Part shown: piece after piece, positions 37,469 to 52,495 of the stretch
How the letters are laid out: every line of letters begins with the position of its first letter
How positions within the stretch are numbered: position 1 is the stretch's first letter
Assembly (NCBI GenBank): GCA_951406725.2
Contig: OX597814.1
Span: 184,822,001-184,886,000, forward strand
Reading direction: 5' to 3'
Source: Octopus vulgaris
Taxonomy: Eukaryota
DNA: 64,000 bases
Notes under the pieces: model-generated
Databases searched by the model: none
Seen by the model: only the letters and a program-made list of their open reading frames with translations
What the model was told of the DNA's origin: nothing
Translations under genes and position numbers: made by a program

Positions 37469-39952
37469 CTATCCTCGTCGTTGTTGTTGGGTCGTTTTAG
37501 CTACCATAGAATTTTGTATCTTCATAAGCTTCTCACAATTTATGCACTAAAAAAAATCCTTATAGCATTTTTCCTGAGAATGTTCTTCTTAGTGAAATAA
37601 TTTACAACATAGAAGTATGGTCTTGTCTTGTTTACGACGGTTCATATAGTTTGTACCTTGTTTTGAATCATTGTCTCTTTTAAATTCAATGATATCAATA
37701 ACGACATGCTAATACGTGCAATGGAGCTTAGCGTATCGTCGCAGATGAACCAAAGGGCGACGGAAAAGAGGTGACGACTTCAGAGCCTTTGAAAGCAACA
37801 ACAGCCTCGTAGCAACAGACATCAGAGTGCTCAGCTAATACTGCTACATTATTGTCACGTCAATGTAATGTGGATAAGGAAATCCACATCATAACTTTCA
37901 GCAACAGCATCGCCAAACAAGAAAAAGCATCATAAACAACAGCAAGACCAAAAGTATTTATGGCATCAACGAAGAAATTAAGAGGAATATTCTGTCCGTT
38001 TGTCAATAGACAACCGGTTTCTTCGAAAGAAACACGGATGTGAGTGAATAATACGAGATCTATATCTCGTATTTTTAATCGCATCCATGTTTGGATCATG
38101 GAGCAATAGCATTTGCAGGTGTAGACATTAGAAGCACCGTTTATATTTTGTGCATACATCTTAGTGACAAGAAGCTCCAAAATCGATTTCCGCGATGAAT
38201 AAAAAATGTCTGCTGAGATTTAACCTGAAATCTGCATGTAATGAAAGAGAAAGAACATTTGATGGTGATAGCCATCTGCAGTAACGATCAGGAAATCTAC
38301 TTAGTAGACACAGCAATCATGCACTTTCGAGAAGCATCTATGGTATAACAGACGGCCAAAAGCAGTCACCGAAATGCTACTTTGCGGAGACCAGGCCAAA
38401 CTCATAGCAAAAATAGAGAGTAAAATAAAAGAGTCAAGTTCACTTCATAGCAGAACTGAACGAAAATACCACAAGAAATTCAATTATTGGTTTCACCCGA
38501 CAATCTCTGGAAATTCCGATTGTTTCTGTTTTGAAGACTGCGTGTCAGCGAAAACAGGAAGTCAAAATGTCACATTTGCAATATAACAGACCACATCAAA
38601 AATGTCCTCCCCCTCCAAAAAGTGAGCCACGTGTCACTCTCTACTGCTAATACCAAAATCCTGATTACTACAATAAAAACACCATTGGCGTTTGCAGCAT
38701 TAGCTACTATTGCAACAAAACAAAGTTGTGTGCCTTTCTAACAGTATTTAGCCGAAATGTTCACGACGAACAATAAACTACAGACAGTGAAAATCGATCC
38801 CTACAGCAAAAATTTGTCGTGGCATTTAACTGAGGACGGCGATTGCTCCTTCAAGAAATGTAACTGGCATGGTGAGCCGCTACATCATGGGAAAATCGCT
38901 GGAACTGGATCCCCTGCTTACAAATATATCGCTACATACCGAAGTTAATTTGTACTATCGAAGTAACTATCTATAACGAACACATCAAAGCAAGAGAAAA
39001 CATCTGCTAATGTTACCAGCCAGAAGCAAATATTAAGTATTAATCAGACTACCTACAAAATGGAAAATGTGGTCGAAGTACAACACAAATATTTCCGTAT
39101 TCTTGGTTTACCATCGAAAGAGGGACAGAAAGGAGCCGCTATTTGCGAAACGATAGAACACGAGGTTTCACAATAAGTGCTATTGGCTGTAATGTTGCAT
39201 TTGGCTCGTTGTCATATTTACTGTAGAGTGTGAAGATGGTAAGCGTTTAGGTGACAGATTGATTTGAGGTTAAGTGTTTTCCATTTCGGCATGCAGGGCC
39301 TGTTGATTTCTGAAGACCTTAGGTAATTCTGGAGGTGCACTTTATTAAAGAAACAGAAATGCGATAAAGCAGTTGATACAGGACAGATAAATCAACAATT
39401 ATAAATGTAGCAGTAAGATCTATTGAATAGGTTTTGCTCAGAGGATCACGAAAGGCAGAGAATTCAAGCAACAAAAACAACAGTAGTACTGAGAAGCTAT
39501 TTCTTCCAGAGAACTACCGCCAGTCACACCGCAGGTTGCTGCCCTAAGAATGGCGACGATCATGAAACTATTTCTCTTACAGGAACCAGAAGCAAAATTC
39601 CATCGCGTTGACAATGAGGGTGGCGTGTTAAAATGAATAAGGATGGCAAATTGTCGAGGTTTATAAGAAAGTACAAAAGAAAGAAAGGCACGCAAGAAAA
39701 TGCCGAACTCCGACAAACATGCAAACAGATTTTGCTTGCGCGGTGATAAAAAGCTTCCCAGCCACAACAGGCTGGCGGCTGGCAATCAGTATATATCTTA
39801 CCCGTTCGAACATGTGAGTTACTTCTTGTTTGGAATAGGCACTTTTCAAAGCTTTGTGGGGAAAACAATGAAAATTTTAAAGCAATACGGATTATTTATC
39901 GTTTATCGTCGTCGTCGTCGCCATCATCATCACAAGCATCATCATCGTCATC

Positions 39953-40340
39953 GGTGACCTGGCAGAATCGTTAGCACACCGGGCGAAATGCACAGCGGTT
40001 TTTCGTCTGCCGTTATGTTGTGAGTTCAAATTCCGCCCAGGTTGACTTTGCCTTTCATCCTTTCGGGGTCGATAAATTAAGTACCAGTTACGCACTGGCT
40101 TCGATTTAAACGACTTAATTCGTTGTCTGTCCTTGTTTCTCCCATCTGTGTTTAGCCCCTTATGGGTAGTAAAAGAAATAGGTATTTCGCCCGTCGTTTC
40201 GTTCTAAGTTCAAATTCTGTCGAGGTCGACTTTGCCTTTCAGTCTTTCAGGCTCAATAAATTACCTGTGAAACACTGTAGTCGATATAATTGACTGGTCC
40301 TCTCCCCCAAATTTCAGGTCTCGTGCCTTTAGTACAAATT
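39953..40340 (+). mobile_element. SINE A dimer
   Basis: One head and two body units. Confidence 0.8.
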
Positions 40341-40393
<53 letters not shown>

Positions 40394-40601
40394 TCATCGT
40401 CATTATTATTACTCTAAAGCTTCGGTGAGTAGTTTACGAATAAACTACATGTGCTATGGTACGGATTATTCTTCACTTGTACCTGCCATATCCAATTTGC
40501 TGTTTGCTTTGAGTTTAGACGTATTCATCATTAATCATGTCCTAGTAACAAGTGTTCAGAACATACTGAGACTGTATGATATATATACATACATACATAC
40601 A

Positions 40602-40634
<33 letters not shown>

Positions 40635-40646
40635 CATACAGTCTCA

Positions 40647-40723
<77 letters not shown>

Positions 40724-41928
40724 TAATAATATATTCACATAGGCACACACGTACATAGACATACTCGCACATACATACATGGATACATACTCAGAACATA
40801 TATACATATACACATTCCTTGTATTTTAATTATGTGTGTTTATGTAGGTGAGTATATATGTGTATCTATGTGCGTCGTGTGAGAGAGTGTATTAGCTTCT
40901 TCATCAGACTAATACATTCATAACAAGATACAAATGTTTATGTCTTATCTCCAATTATATGTTTCTATGTTGCGGAGAATCAAGAGCAGATGGTTCTTGG
41001 TTTTTGAGAGCCTACATTCTGTTGTAAGCACTCACCGCTTTGCAGGTCACTGGACTAGATACTTAATTATACATCAAGACTGATTAAGAAACTATTATCT
41101 TGCCAAATGGCACAATAAATATCTGTTGTTGTTTTTTTTTTTTTTTATCTTATGAGGAATATGTCTGATCTCATCATTGTTTAAAACCTTTATATTAGCC
41201 GTCAGCAGTTTCCAGTTAGTTCGGAGTTGCGTCACTCGGATGCTTCGTTTTCTTTTCTCCTTTGTTCTTCTAACACAATCTCCGCACATGAATGAATTAC
41301 CAACATCTGGAGAAAGGTTAGTTAAGGTGGGTGATGGGGAAATCTTCGCGATGGAGTCGGCTGATAGTCGTTCTTTATTTTACATGCTATTAATGGTGAC
41401 CAGAATTTTGTAATGGCTACAATCGAGTCACTCTAAGGTCATGATAATCACCAATGTACGAAACAAAGCACATCAAAACACGTGTGTTACTCAATAGAAT
41501 CTCTGCATGATCGATTGACCTGCTAGAAATCGTTGCAAAATCGCTCTCAAACCACACCGCTACTACTACCACTGCAACCCTCATCACCACTTTAATCTTC
41601 ATTGCTGTCGACGTTGTCATTTTGTGTTCTCTGTTCCAGGTTAGTAATTATCGGGCAGTTCCATTTTAGGCAGTTTTTACAGCTGGATGCCTTTCCTGAT
41701 GCTAACAGTGTGCCTATTCTAGAATCAGAATACTCACGGTAATGAAAGCATACGATGCACCATAAAAAGTACTTTGATGCAAAACAATGAACTAGATATG
41801 TTTCGAACACCTTTGATCGTAAGTGAGACAATCAACAACAACTACAACCACTACCACCACCAACAATAACAACAACAAGTCTCTAGTCACCTATCAGTAG
41901 TATGTTTTTAACATGTTTATCGAGATAA

Positions 41929-42700
41929 AGGCGGCGTACTGGCAGAAACGTTAGCACGCCGGGCACAATGCTTAGCGGTATTTTGTCTGCCGCTACGTAC
42001 TGAGTTCAAATTCCGCCGAGGTCGACTTTGCCTTTCATCCTTTCGGGGTCGATTAAATAAGTACAAGTTATGCACTGGGATCGATGTAATCGACTTAATC
42101 CGTGTGTCTGTCCTTGTTTGTCCCCTCTGTATTTAGTCCCTTGTGGGCAATAAAGAAACAGGTATTTCATCTGCCGCTACGTGCTCAGTTCAAATTCCGC
42201 CGAGGTCGACTTTGCCTTACATCCTTTCGGGGTCGATTAAATAAGTACCAGTTACGCACTGGGGTCGATATAATCGACTTAACCCGTTTGTCTGTCCTTG
42301 TTTGTCCTCTCTGTGTTTAGCCCCTTGTGGGTAGTATTGAAATTCCGTATTGAAATTCGCGTTTTATCTTATTGAGGTTGACAAAATAAGAACCAACCGA
42401 GTACCAAAGCTCAATGTAATTGACTTACTCCTTCCATCGAAATTTCTGGCCTTGTGCCAAAATTTGAAACCAGTACGTTTGTCAAGATAAAGGCGGTGAA
42501 CTGGCAGAATCGTTAGCATGTCGGGTAAAATGCTAAGTGGCATTTTGTCCGTCTTTACATTCTGCGTTTAAATTCCACCGAGGTTGCTTTTCAACCTTTC
42601 GGTGTCAAAAAAATAAATACCAATTTGAATACTGAGGGTCCATGCAATCGACATACCCTCTCAGCGAAATTGCTGACCTTGTGTCAAAAATTGAAATCAG
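41929..42700 (+). mobile_element. SINE A multimer followed by an older copy
   Basis: Heads at 41929 and 42491; related flank TGTTT.TC.AGATA occurs three times. Confidence 0.8.
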
Positions 42701-43909
42701 TATGTTTGCCGAGATATGGAATAAACACTTACAAAGAACCCTGCACCGAACTGTAAGAATTTCGTAGCTGAAGTCCCTCGAACATCTACAAGAAAAGCAA
42801 AGGATACAATATGGGTCGGTGGTATGGTTCCAAATATGGCAACTGAATAAGGGCCACTGAAATTTACCCAAAGATAATGTAATGGTGTTAAAAACCTAGT
42901 GCATTTATCGCGCTTCACATAATACTTCGTTACATTAACGATACATGTAGAACTTTCCGATATCATATTACGTGCATATAGCGAACTGAACACATCCGTC
43001 GCCTGCCTATTACATATTTACACACACAAACCATCACGACCACCATACACACTGATCTGCTCTTTCTCTCATCTCTTAGCTGTGCACCTCAACAAATATA
43101 TTCTACTTTTCACCTTATAACAACCAGCAAGCAAACACCTATCTTCATCACCCTCCGCTCGCTATATCCACGCTAAACCATATTTATGACTGCACTTTGA
43201 AGCTATGCCAACCATAAAGGAACCCAGTATGCATTAATGCTATAAAACCTCTGTACATCATTTGAGATCTACTTAATAACGAGAAGCAGGACTTGCAGTG
43301 TGTGGAGAAATACATAGGCTGAGAGAAATTTTATTGATTAGCCATAAGATTTAAGCTAGTTTTATTGTTTGTTTATTGACCTTCCTCTGCTCGTCTTTGA
43401 GGAAATATCAACCCATTCCTACCACACCCTGCACTACAATAACTTGCTGTTTTTCTTAAACATTTACTATTGACCTCTGCAGAAAACGAAACGAACATTT
43501 TTTTTTCTTCATTTATTTATCTATTTATTTATTCTTTATTTCCACACACCCCTCCTCATCCTTTCAATAAACTTTTAATGCTAATGTCTTTCCAGTGGTT
43601 CTACGGAATGGAAATATAAATATCTTAACTCAACTCCACCAATCTCACGGATGGTGCCAACTTAGATTTGGAAGTGGGGGGGTGCATGTTGGTGACAGCG
43701 GTGGTGGTGGTGGTGTTGGGAGTAATGTTGGTGGTGGTGGTGGTGGTGGTGGGGCGTTTCATCAGATGTCTCTTCAGAGAAGAGGAACATCGATCCAATA
43801 TGGACAATGTTTTTTAACACATGACTCCAAATCAGGCTCACTAACTAGCATCATATGTTTGGAATTCGGGTTGCCCTTTTTTGTGTGTTTTTCTTTTTCC
43901 ATTCCTTAT

Positions 43910-44275
43910 TCCCCACCACCACCACCACCGCTACTACTACTACTACTATCTCCGCCTCCATCTACTCAACAGTCAGTACAGCCATCAGCATCACTACAGG
44001 AGCATCTACATCTCCTTCATTACCATCACCAATACCGCCATCATAATCATCATCATCATCATTAACCGCATCTCCTTCATCATGATCACCACCAGCAACA
44101 ACTACCACTACAACCACCACCACCACCACCACCAAAAACAACAACTTCAACACTAACACCACCACCAGCACCACCAGCACCACCAGCACCACCACCATCA
44201 TCATCATTATCAACATCATCATTGTCGTCCTCATCATCGCCATCATCATCATCATCTTATCGTAGTCGTTGTTAC

Positions 44276-44318
<43 letters not shown>

Positions 44319-44329
44319 GTCATCATCAC

Positions 44330-44361
<32 letters not shown>

Positions 44362-44377
44362 CCATCATCACCATCAC

Positions 44378-44441
<64 letters not shown>

Positions 44442-44525
44442 GTCATCATCATCATCATCACCATCATCATCACCATCACCATCATCATCATCACTATCAT
44501 CATCACCATCACCACCATCATCATC

Positions 44526-44604
<79 letters not shown>

Positions 44605-44895
44605 CCATCATCATCGTCATCGTCATCGTCATCATCATCATCATCATCATCATCACTACCAGCCATATCATTTTATCCTCCCGCTTTCCCATTTAATGTT
44701 TCCAACTAGTAAACTTGCCGTTCCTTCGCCAATCACTGTGAAATCAATACAAGAATACACAGACGGGTTTGATGGCCCAATAAAACAATCTCTGCTCAGT
44801 CTTTCTCCATTTTGTCCAATAACACCCCGGTTTCGTCATAGTAAACTTGATAACTCATTGCTTACGTCTATAAATACCTACTACTACTACTACTG

Positions 44896-44953
<58 letters not shown>

Positions 44954-45362
44954 CACTTCTACTAATTCTACCGCTATTACTGCTACTACTACCACTACTA
45001 CTACTATTACAACAACAACAACTACTACTACTACTACTACTACAACAACTACTACTACCGCCACTACTACTACTACTACTGCTACTACTAGTACCACTAC
45101 CATCACTACTACTACTACTACCACTACCACTACTACACTACTACTACTACTACCACATCTACTAATTCTACCGCTATTACTACTACTACTACCACTACAC
45201 CACTACTACAACTACTACCACTACTACTACTACCACAACCACAACCACCACTACTACTACTACAACTACAACCACCGCCACCACCACTACTACTACTACT
45301 TCTACTACCACTACTACTACTTCTACTACCACTACTAATACTACTACTACTACTACGACTAC
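43910..45362. repeat. Large compound (CAC)n/(CAT)n/(TAC)n microsatellite region
   Basis: Direct reading; source of the poly-D/H/S ORFs. Confidence 0.9.
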
Positions 45363-45807
45363 AAATGTCTCCCTGGCTTAAATATCTACAACCTCAATAA
45401 ATGCCTACAAATATCTATCCACCACAACGACCATTGGTTTGGTTTAAATTTGGAATCGTTATGTTCAGTCCACTGCAAGACGAAACCCTCTTAATGTTCT
45501 CCCATCCAACCACAGTCTGAGGTGGATGCCGCGAATTTGAGCTTGAGATCATACTAGTTTGATGAGCCTACTCTACTCTGCCACACTGGCTCGACATGGT
45601 TTGGAAGAGGGATGCCTTTTTATACTCATGGCCATGATACGGTACTCTTGATAAAGATATGGTATTCTTGATAAGAGAATAAGCAACAGAAGTAACCAAG
45701 AGATAAACGTTGAATATTTTGAAATTAACGATGACGATCTTATTAGTTACACGTTCTCTGATTCATTGAAACCGAAGACGCCTACTAAAAACAACAACCA
45801 CAGCGCA

Positions 45808-45927
45808 GTGGAGGCGCAATGGCCCAGTGGTTAGGGCAGCAGACTCGCGGTCGTAAGAACTCGGTTTCGATTCCCAGACCGGACATTGTGAGTGTTTATT
45901 GAGCAAAAACACCTAAGCTCCACGAGT
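45808..45927 (+). mobile_element. SINE C head fragment
   Basis: Matches 32341-32461. Confidence 0.8.
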
Positions 45928-46747
45928 TTTCGAGTTATATTTTGAGGCACCATAGTCCTGTTGAGTAGGGAATTGTTGTTGGTTGAAGTATATTGGTGAC
46001 TTGTTGGGTTAAAGAGGACGTTATCAGGTATTGTACTGTACCTTCCATAATACTTGAATATTCTCTTTCTGTTGTAATGTTCATATTTACCATGGCCAAG
46101 AAACGGTTCAAGGTTACGTGATATCAACGTCCGATGGATCGTCACTCGTCACAGAATCAAACTTTAGTACATGTGACATTCGTACTTCATTAAGTACACA
46201 CTTCAGTCGTTATATGAGAAGCAGTAATGGATTCTTCTAAGTATTAAACTCTAGATCCATTTCACGGCAGATGTACAAGAATAAATAATGACAACGTATA
46301 ATAATTAGATGGATGATATAATAATTGAAATATGATATGGTAATTAAACAAATTTAAGAACAAGTATTAACAGTAATTAAAAATACAATATAAAAGTTAC
46401 AGGTATGATATAATAATTACGAATAAGATATTATTACAAATATCAATAATTATAATTATTATATTATAATTACAAAATAATATCACTAATTAAAAACATT
46501 CACAATTACGAACATGATAGGATAATTACAAATATAATAATTACCAATATTATAAATTCCATCAAACCCCCTCCCTAAACTATTATACTATTGCGGCTAT
46601 TATTGAAGTCTCGCGTTAAGGCTACGCCAGAAATCTATATGGAAGTGACACAGTGAATTCTATGTAACTTAGCACATTACTAATATTTGGTTCATAAGCT
46701 AAAAAAAGAGAGATTCAAAATATTACGCATGATTTGAAATCAAAACA

Positions 46748-47160
46748 TGGAATGGCTGTATGGTAAGTAGCTTGCTTACGAACCACATGGTTCCGGATTC
46801 GGTCCCACTGCGTGGTACCTTGGGCAAGTGTCTTCTACTATAGCCTCGGGCCGACAAAAGTCTTGTGAGTGGATTTGGTAGACGGAAACTGAAAGATGCC
46901 CGTCGTATATATGTATATATATATATGTATGTGTGTGTGTATATATGTTTGTGTGTCTGTGTTTGTACCCCCAACATCGCTTGACAACCGATGCTGGTGT
47001 GTTTACGTCCCCGTAACTTAACGGTTCGGAAAAAGACACCAATAGAATAAGTACTGGGCTTACAAAGAATAAGTCCTGGGGTCGATTTGCTCGACTAAAA
47101 GGCGCTGCTCCAGCATGGCTACAGTCAAATGACTGAAACAAGTAAAAAAAAAAAGAGTAA
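46748..47160 (+). mobile_element. SINE family B (full length)
   Basis: Matches 2085-2472. Confidence 0.85.
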
Positions 47161-47518
47161 ACGTAATCAATTCTGTAAATCACACAATCCGATACTATGG
47201 CTTCATCTATGCCACTGTCCTCATGTGACAGAACTGTGATAGAAAAGTTATAGACGCAAAATAATTAAGAGAATTTAGCTTGGTCCTAGCATATCCTGGA
47301 TTCACCTAAAATGTCAGTAATAAACCATATTTGCTTCACTTGGTTAAACCCATTCTTTAGTATTTTATGATATTTGCTCACTCAGTGAAACCATGCAAAC
47401 ATTACAAACGGATAAGATGGTGAAACTGGCATGAATGATAAAAAACACCGAAAAGTTCTTTATCCCATAAAGAACTTTCTGATTTGAAATTTCACTACTG
47501 TCAACTTTGCCTTTCATA

Positions 47519-48395
47519 CGAAGTGGTACCCAAAAAAAACTGGAATTTTGCAATATGATTTTATTCACTAGGTTTTACTTGTTTACATTTTTATCGCTTT
47601 CAAAGTATTCTCTATTTGAAGCAATGCATCGGTCCAGGCCGATGTTCGAAGCAGCGCTGAAATTCTTGCGAAGTGATTCCTTTTAACGCCTCCGTTGTTT
47701 TTTACTTCACGTCTTCCATATCTGCAAATTCGGTAACACCAGCTTTCCTCACCAGTGATGACCTTCGAAAAAAAAAAAAAAGAAAAAAAAAGCTCAGGAT
47801 CAGCTTCTTTCAGTTCACAACTCTTCTTTCAGTTCACAACACGCACTCAGTTGTGACTAATTTTGATCTTCAATTCGAAGGCGAGGCACAAATTTTACTG
47901 CAACTTTTTTCATTCGCAATTCCTCGCTCAAAATTGGGTGGCAGGAGCTCCAGAATACACCAGTCACATCAATGTGTTTGTCAATTATTCGATGACGGTC
48001 CTCCATGAATTTTCATTGTATTTCCATTATTGCGGGAAGTCGACGGTCGTCCTGAACGAGATTGGTCTTCAAGCGACCAGTGACCATTCCTAAAGCGTGG
48101 AAACTACTCGCAGCGTCCTTGTAAGATGTTTGAAGCATGACGGCCGCCGTTTTCCTCAGCAGAATTTCACGGAAGCATGCTGTTCCTTTGTTTCAGCCAT
48201 CGCAAATATCGCTACACAGGGGAGAAACACTGCAAAACAAAGATGCACCACGTTGCAATATGACTTCACGCGACGACGCCGGTTTGCAGACTAATGTTTG
48301 AGGGTCGCATCAAGAGGCTTCTAGCGGCGAAAGCCTGAACTACAACTAGGTTGTACCACACAGAACGTTTCCGGTTACTTTTGGATACCTCCTCG
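47519..48395 (-). mobile_element. Internally deleted mariner element with both TIRs
   Basis: TA|CGAAGTGGTACCCAAAAAAAACTGGAA versus right-end reverse complement TA|CGAGGAGGTATCCAAAAGTAACCGGAA; remnants MAETKEQHASVKFC, LEDQSRSGRPSTS, ILSEELRMKKVAVKFVPRL, RCIASNREYFESD. Confidence 0.85.
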
Positions 48396-51300
48396 TATAT
48401 ATTAAATCAGCAAATTTTGCTATGGAAACGTACGATAGAGACGTTTCTGGTAACTTGAAACTGGTATCTAAATTTGACACTGAGCTACGTAAACAGTCAA
48501 TTCCATTTACGGTGCTATGGATGTTGTCATACGACTTTATTTGGTTCCTGTATAAGAACTGGAAATAAATACTAGGGATGCTCTGGAATTTATTCATCCA
48601 GGTATGCCAACCACAGAGGGAGAGAGAGAGAGAGAAAGAAAAGAAGAGAAGGAGAGAGGGGGAAATAAAGAGAGGGGGTGACTTGTAATTAATCAAAATG
48701 ATCATTCTTGATAACAGTTGTAATAAATATTTGGGGTACCACATTCCATTTCTGAATATTCTAAAATAAAGGAAAATTTTTGCAATGCAGATTAGTAACA
48801 TCAAACCTCACAGCTATACTGAAACGAGTTTAGCCAGTAAAGTTTCTGTATCTGAATAGTTGTAAGATATTTGAAATAAGATCGTGTTTAAGCTTCGCAT
48901 GTTCTTCACATAATTATTCGAGTAAATTTCATAAGTGTTGACAGCACGCAGTCACTTTCTGAATATAAGCTTATAAGCATTGACTATTGGGAATATTTCT
49001 ACGTTGTGAAAAGAGATTAAAGAAATACAGAGAGAGGAAAACCGATAGAGAGAAAGAGAAACAATTGAGAAAGAGAGGAGGAGAGAGTAAGAAATTTTGA
49101 AACCGTTTTTGAGAGACAGATAAGATCACACCGGCAAAGATAAAAATCAATTAATCCTATATAACAATATATTTCTAGTCTTGTTCTAAAATAAATTTCA
49201 AGTTACAACCTCTAGAGAGGTCGTACATTTGCCAGATACGCACATTCTTTCTTGTGATTATAATACCAAAAATGTTTTAGAGTAAGGAAAAATAGAATCA
49301 GAAGAAACTAGCTATGGCATGCATCAACTTAAAACAATTAATAAAATTTGAAAAATAGATTATACATAACTTGATATTATATGCTGGTGCATATTCCAGA
49401 AATGTCAGAGTACACTACGTACTCCAACATATTTTAGATAAACCAAGCTACGAATATATTCTTATATTTAATTAAATTATGCACAAAAAAATTAATTAAA
49501 TTACATCCTCTTTCGTGTGGTATGTAATATTCCTAGAGGCTAGATCGATTTAGCTATGGCTGATTAATCTTGATATCTACTACAGTTATGTTTAGTTAGG
49601 CTCTCAGTTTCGTGGCATTCTCCATGCTTCAGGATGTGTTATATGTCAATGTGGAGTATTTTATCATAATAGAGTGATCCCTGGTTAATTCACAGCTAAC
49701 AGGAAATGAGAGAGGGAAAGGAACAGGTAAGACGAGACAAGAGACTGTGTGGTTCTTATAGCAGCTTACTGTATAAATCATATAGAGAATGCGTTTAGAG
49801 AATGCGTGGGCTAAGACTACGCTCCTTCATTGGTCAGTTAAAGTTGAGACAGTGGGCTGCCTGCTGGAGCCTACGGCAGGTATTTAAAGGGAAAAAATTT
49901 GACAAGACAGTCAGTCGCCGGCTGACACTCATTGACGCTACACCGAAGAGGCCACAGAACAGAAGAAAGAAGAAGGAAGAAGAAAGAAGACATGCACCTA
50001 CCACCAGAGCTGAAGACACCTCCGAAGTGGGGGGGGGGGCACGTCAACACAGTAGAGGAGTAGGGGCCGAAACCGGACGTGGTTCCTCCTGATGATGTCT
50101 TGAGCTAACTGGATCCCATAAAGGAGGTGTTGTGGTAGTAGACCACGAAACACGGTTGTAATTCCTTCCTTAAGCTATTGAGAATAGCTCAATGACTGCA
50201 GAAAATATTCCCATAAAAGAATTCTAATCTAAAATATCTTAGTCAACAAAGGAGCCTCCATATGCACGTTCAAACCATACCTTAACAATTATTTCGAAAA
50301 GCGGGCCACTCGAGACATGGCCAAAAAGTAAGTGGGCCCCACTTCTAAAAGTCATTGAAATTGACTTTTAGTTGGTCATGCCGTTCAAAAAGTCCCGCTG
50401 GTCGCAGTTTGCTCATGACTGCCTCAACCTATTAGAGTAAAAGGGTGTGCCTGTTACTAGACGTAGTGTACGGGATAGTTAGGGTTACAGTTGCTTTGAT
50501 CATAAACTTGCAAGATCAGAGTAAACTTGGAGCTAAGCAAAAACAGAGTAGCAGTTTTATATTTCACAAACCCGTTAAGTCAATCGTCCATTAAATCAAA
50601 CGCAATTTAGAAATGTCTACAATAGTGGTTTCGCTCAACATGTTTTTGTCAATAGGAATTTGAATGATAGCGTGATAAAGATTTTGTAACCTACATGTTA
50701 AGACCGATGTTCTGTATAGGAACCCAACCCTTTTATGACATAACAAAGACTCCTGGGTTGCTACAGGGTTGCTACAGGATGGCTTACAGGATAGCTACAC
50801 ATTTATCTGAAATCTGAAAAATGGATTTGAGTATATGGATCGAATTAGCTTTACGTGTTCTTAAATCTTTCAAACACTAACATGCAGTATCAGTCAGATA
50901 ATATTTCAAAAATAAAAAAATACACACGTGCACACACACACACACACACACACAGAACAAAAAAGAAACCAAGATTAAAGATATAAATTACCGAAATTAT
51001 ATAAAGATATAAATTGCCGACATTTTAAAAATTTAATCAAGCGTATAATGGATAAACAGGCTGTTGTTACACCAGTGTATGCTTGCATACATGGTAACAT
51101 ATTTATGCATATCTATAGACTACAGTAAATTTTGATTCATGGCTATCACTGAGCTTTAACCTAATTTTTTCGTATTAAAAAATGTCGGCTTTTACTATGC
51201 TTCAGACATATTTTAACAGTAGTCATTTTTATTTATTTTTTCTAATATTTCATGCACAGGAGATTAGAGAAGGGGATGAGGAGAGCTAATGGGAGAGTGG

Positions 51301-52250
51301 GTGGAAAGAAAACACATTATTCACACACACACACACATACACACACAAACACACACACATACCTACACAAATACACACATACACAAACACACACGGTATA
51401 TTGATGCAAGGAGGTAAAATGTGGGAGAAATGACTTAGCGAGAATTTATAACCGAGCTTTTCTTCGGTTTAAATCACATATTCTCTCAGTAAGAGAATTT
51501 ATTTTAATGCCCAGAACTTAAAGAATATATGTCAGTCGTGGGATTCTTTGTGAATTTGTGTCGAAGAAAGTATTGGGTTAGGCAGGGGTCACAGAAAGAT
51601 AGAAGGGGATTTCATACAGCGCCTGTCATTAGAATTAGATCATGAACAATGTTGAGATGACAAATGTATTCAATGCAAAATAAGTTCAAAGGCACATGTT
51701 GTTTGCTATTTACACATATTCATTCGTACATGCACAGAGAAGAGACTGACACACGCATATGCATTATATGTCCATGAGTGGAGGAAGGTATGTGTGAATA
51801 AATATATATGTCTGTGTGCGTTTTGCTTATAGGTGTATCCGTCTGCGTGCATTGAAGTTATATGTCTACGTGTGTGTGTATTATATTATATACGCAAATG
51901 CATATGTATATTTTCGTTTCTCATTGTGTTCGACGTTTTTTAGTGTCCTGTACCCATATATGCATGTATATATACATGTAGATGTAGGTACGTACATATA
52001 TGTATGCATATATGCATATGTTTTATTTATTCATTTGTTATTATATGACGGAACGCACGCATCCATTTCTAAGTAAGTTTGTTCTTAATATATATATACA
52101 TTAAAATATTCATATATATATATATATATACACATTAAATATTCATATATATATATATATATACATTAAAATATTCAATATTGTATATGTTATGTTTCTT
52201 TGTACATGTGTATGCCTATATGTAATACATGGTATACACACTGAAATATG

Positions 52251-52282
<32 letters not shown>

Positions 52283-52321
52283 TGTATGTATGTATGTATG
52301 TATGTATGTATGTATGTATGA

Positions 52322-52495
<174 letters not shown>

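Noticed and set aside
40888-40916. Hairpin TGTATTAG...CTAATACA enclosing a minus-strand CTGATGA
   Set aside because: No stem II, GAAA or cleavage triplet; not a hammerhead.
43962-44965. Poly-D / poly-H ORFs
   Set aside because: Translations of the (CAT)n tract.
45831-46145. 104-aa ORF
   Set aside because: Runs into a SINE C head; no recognisable domain.
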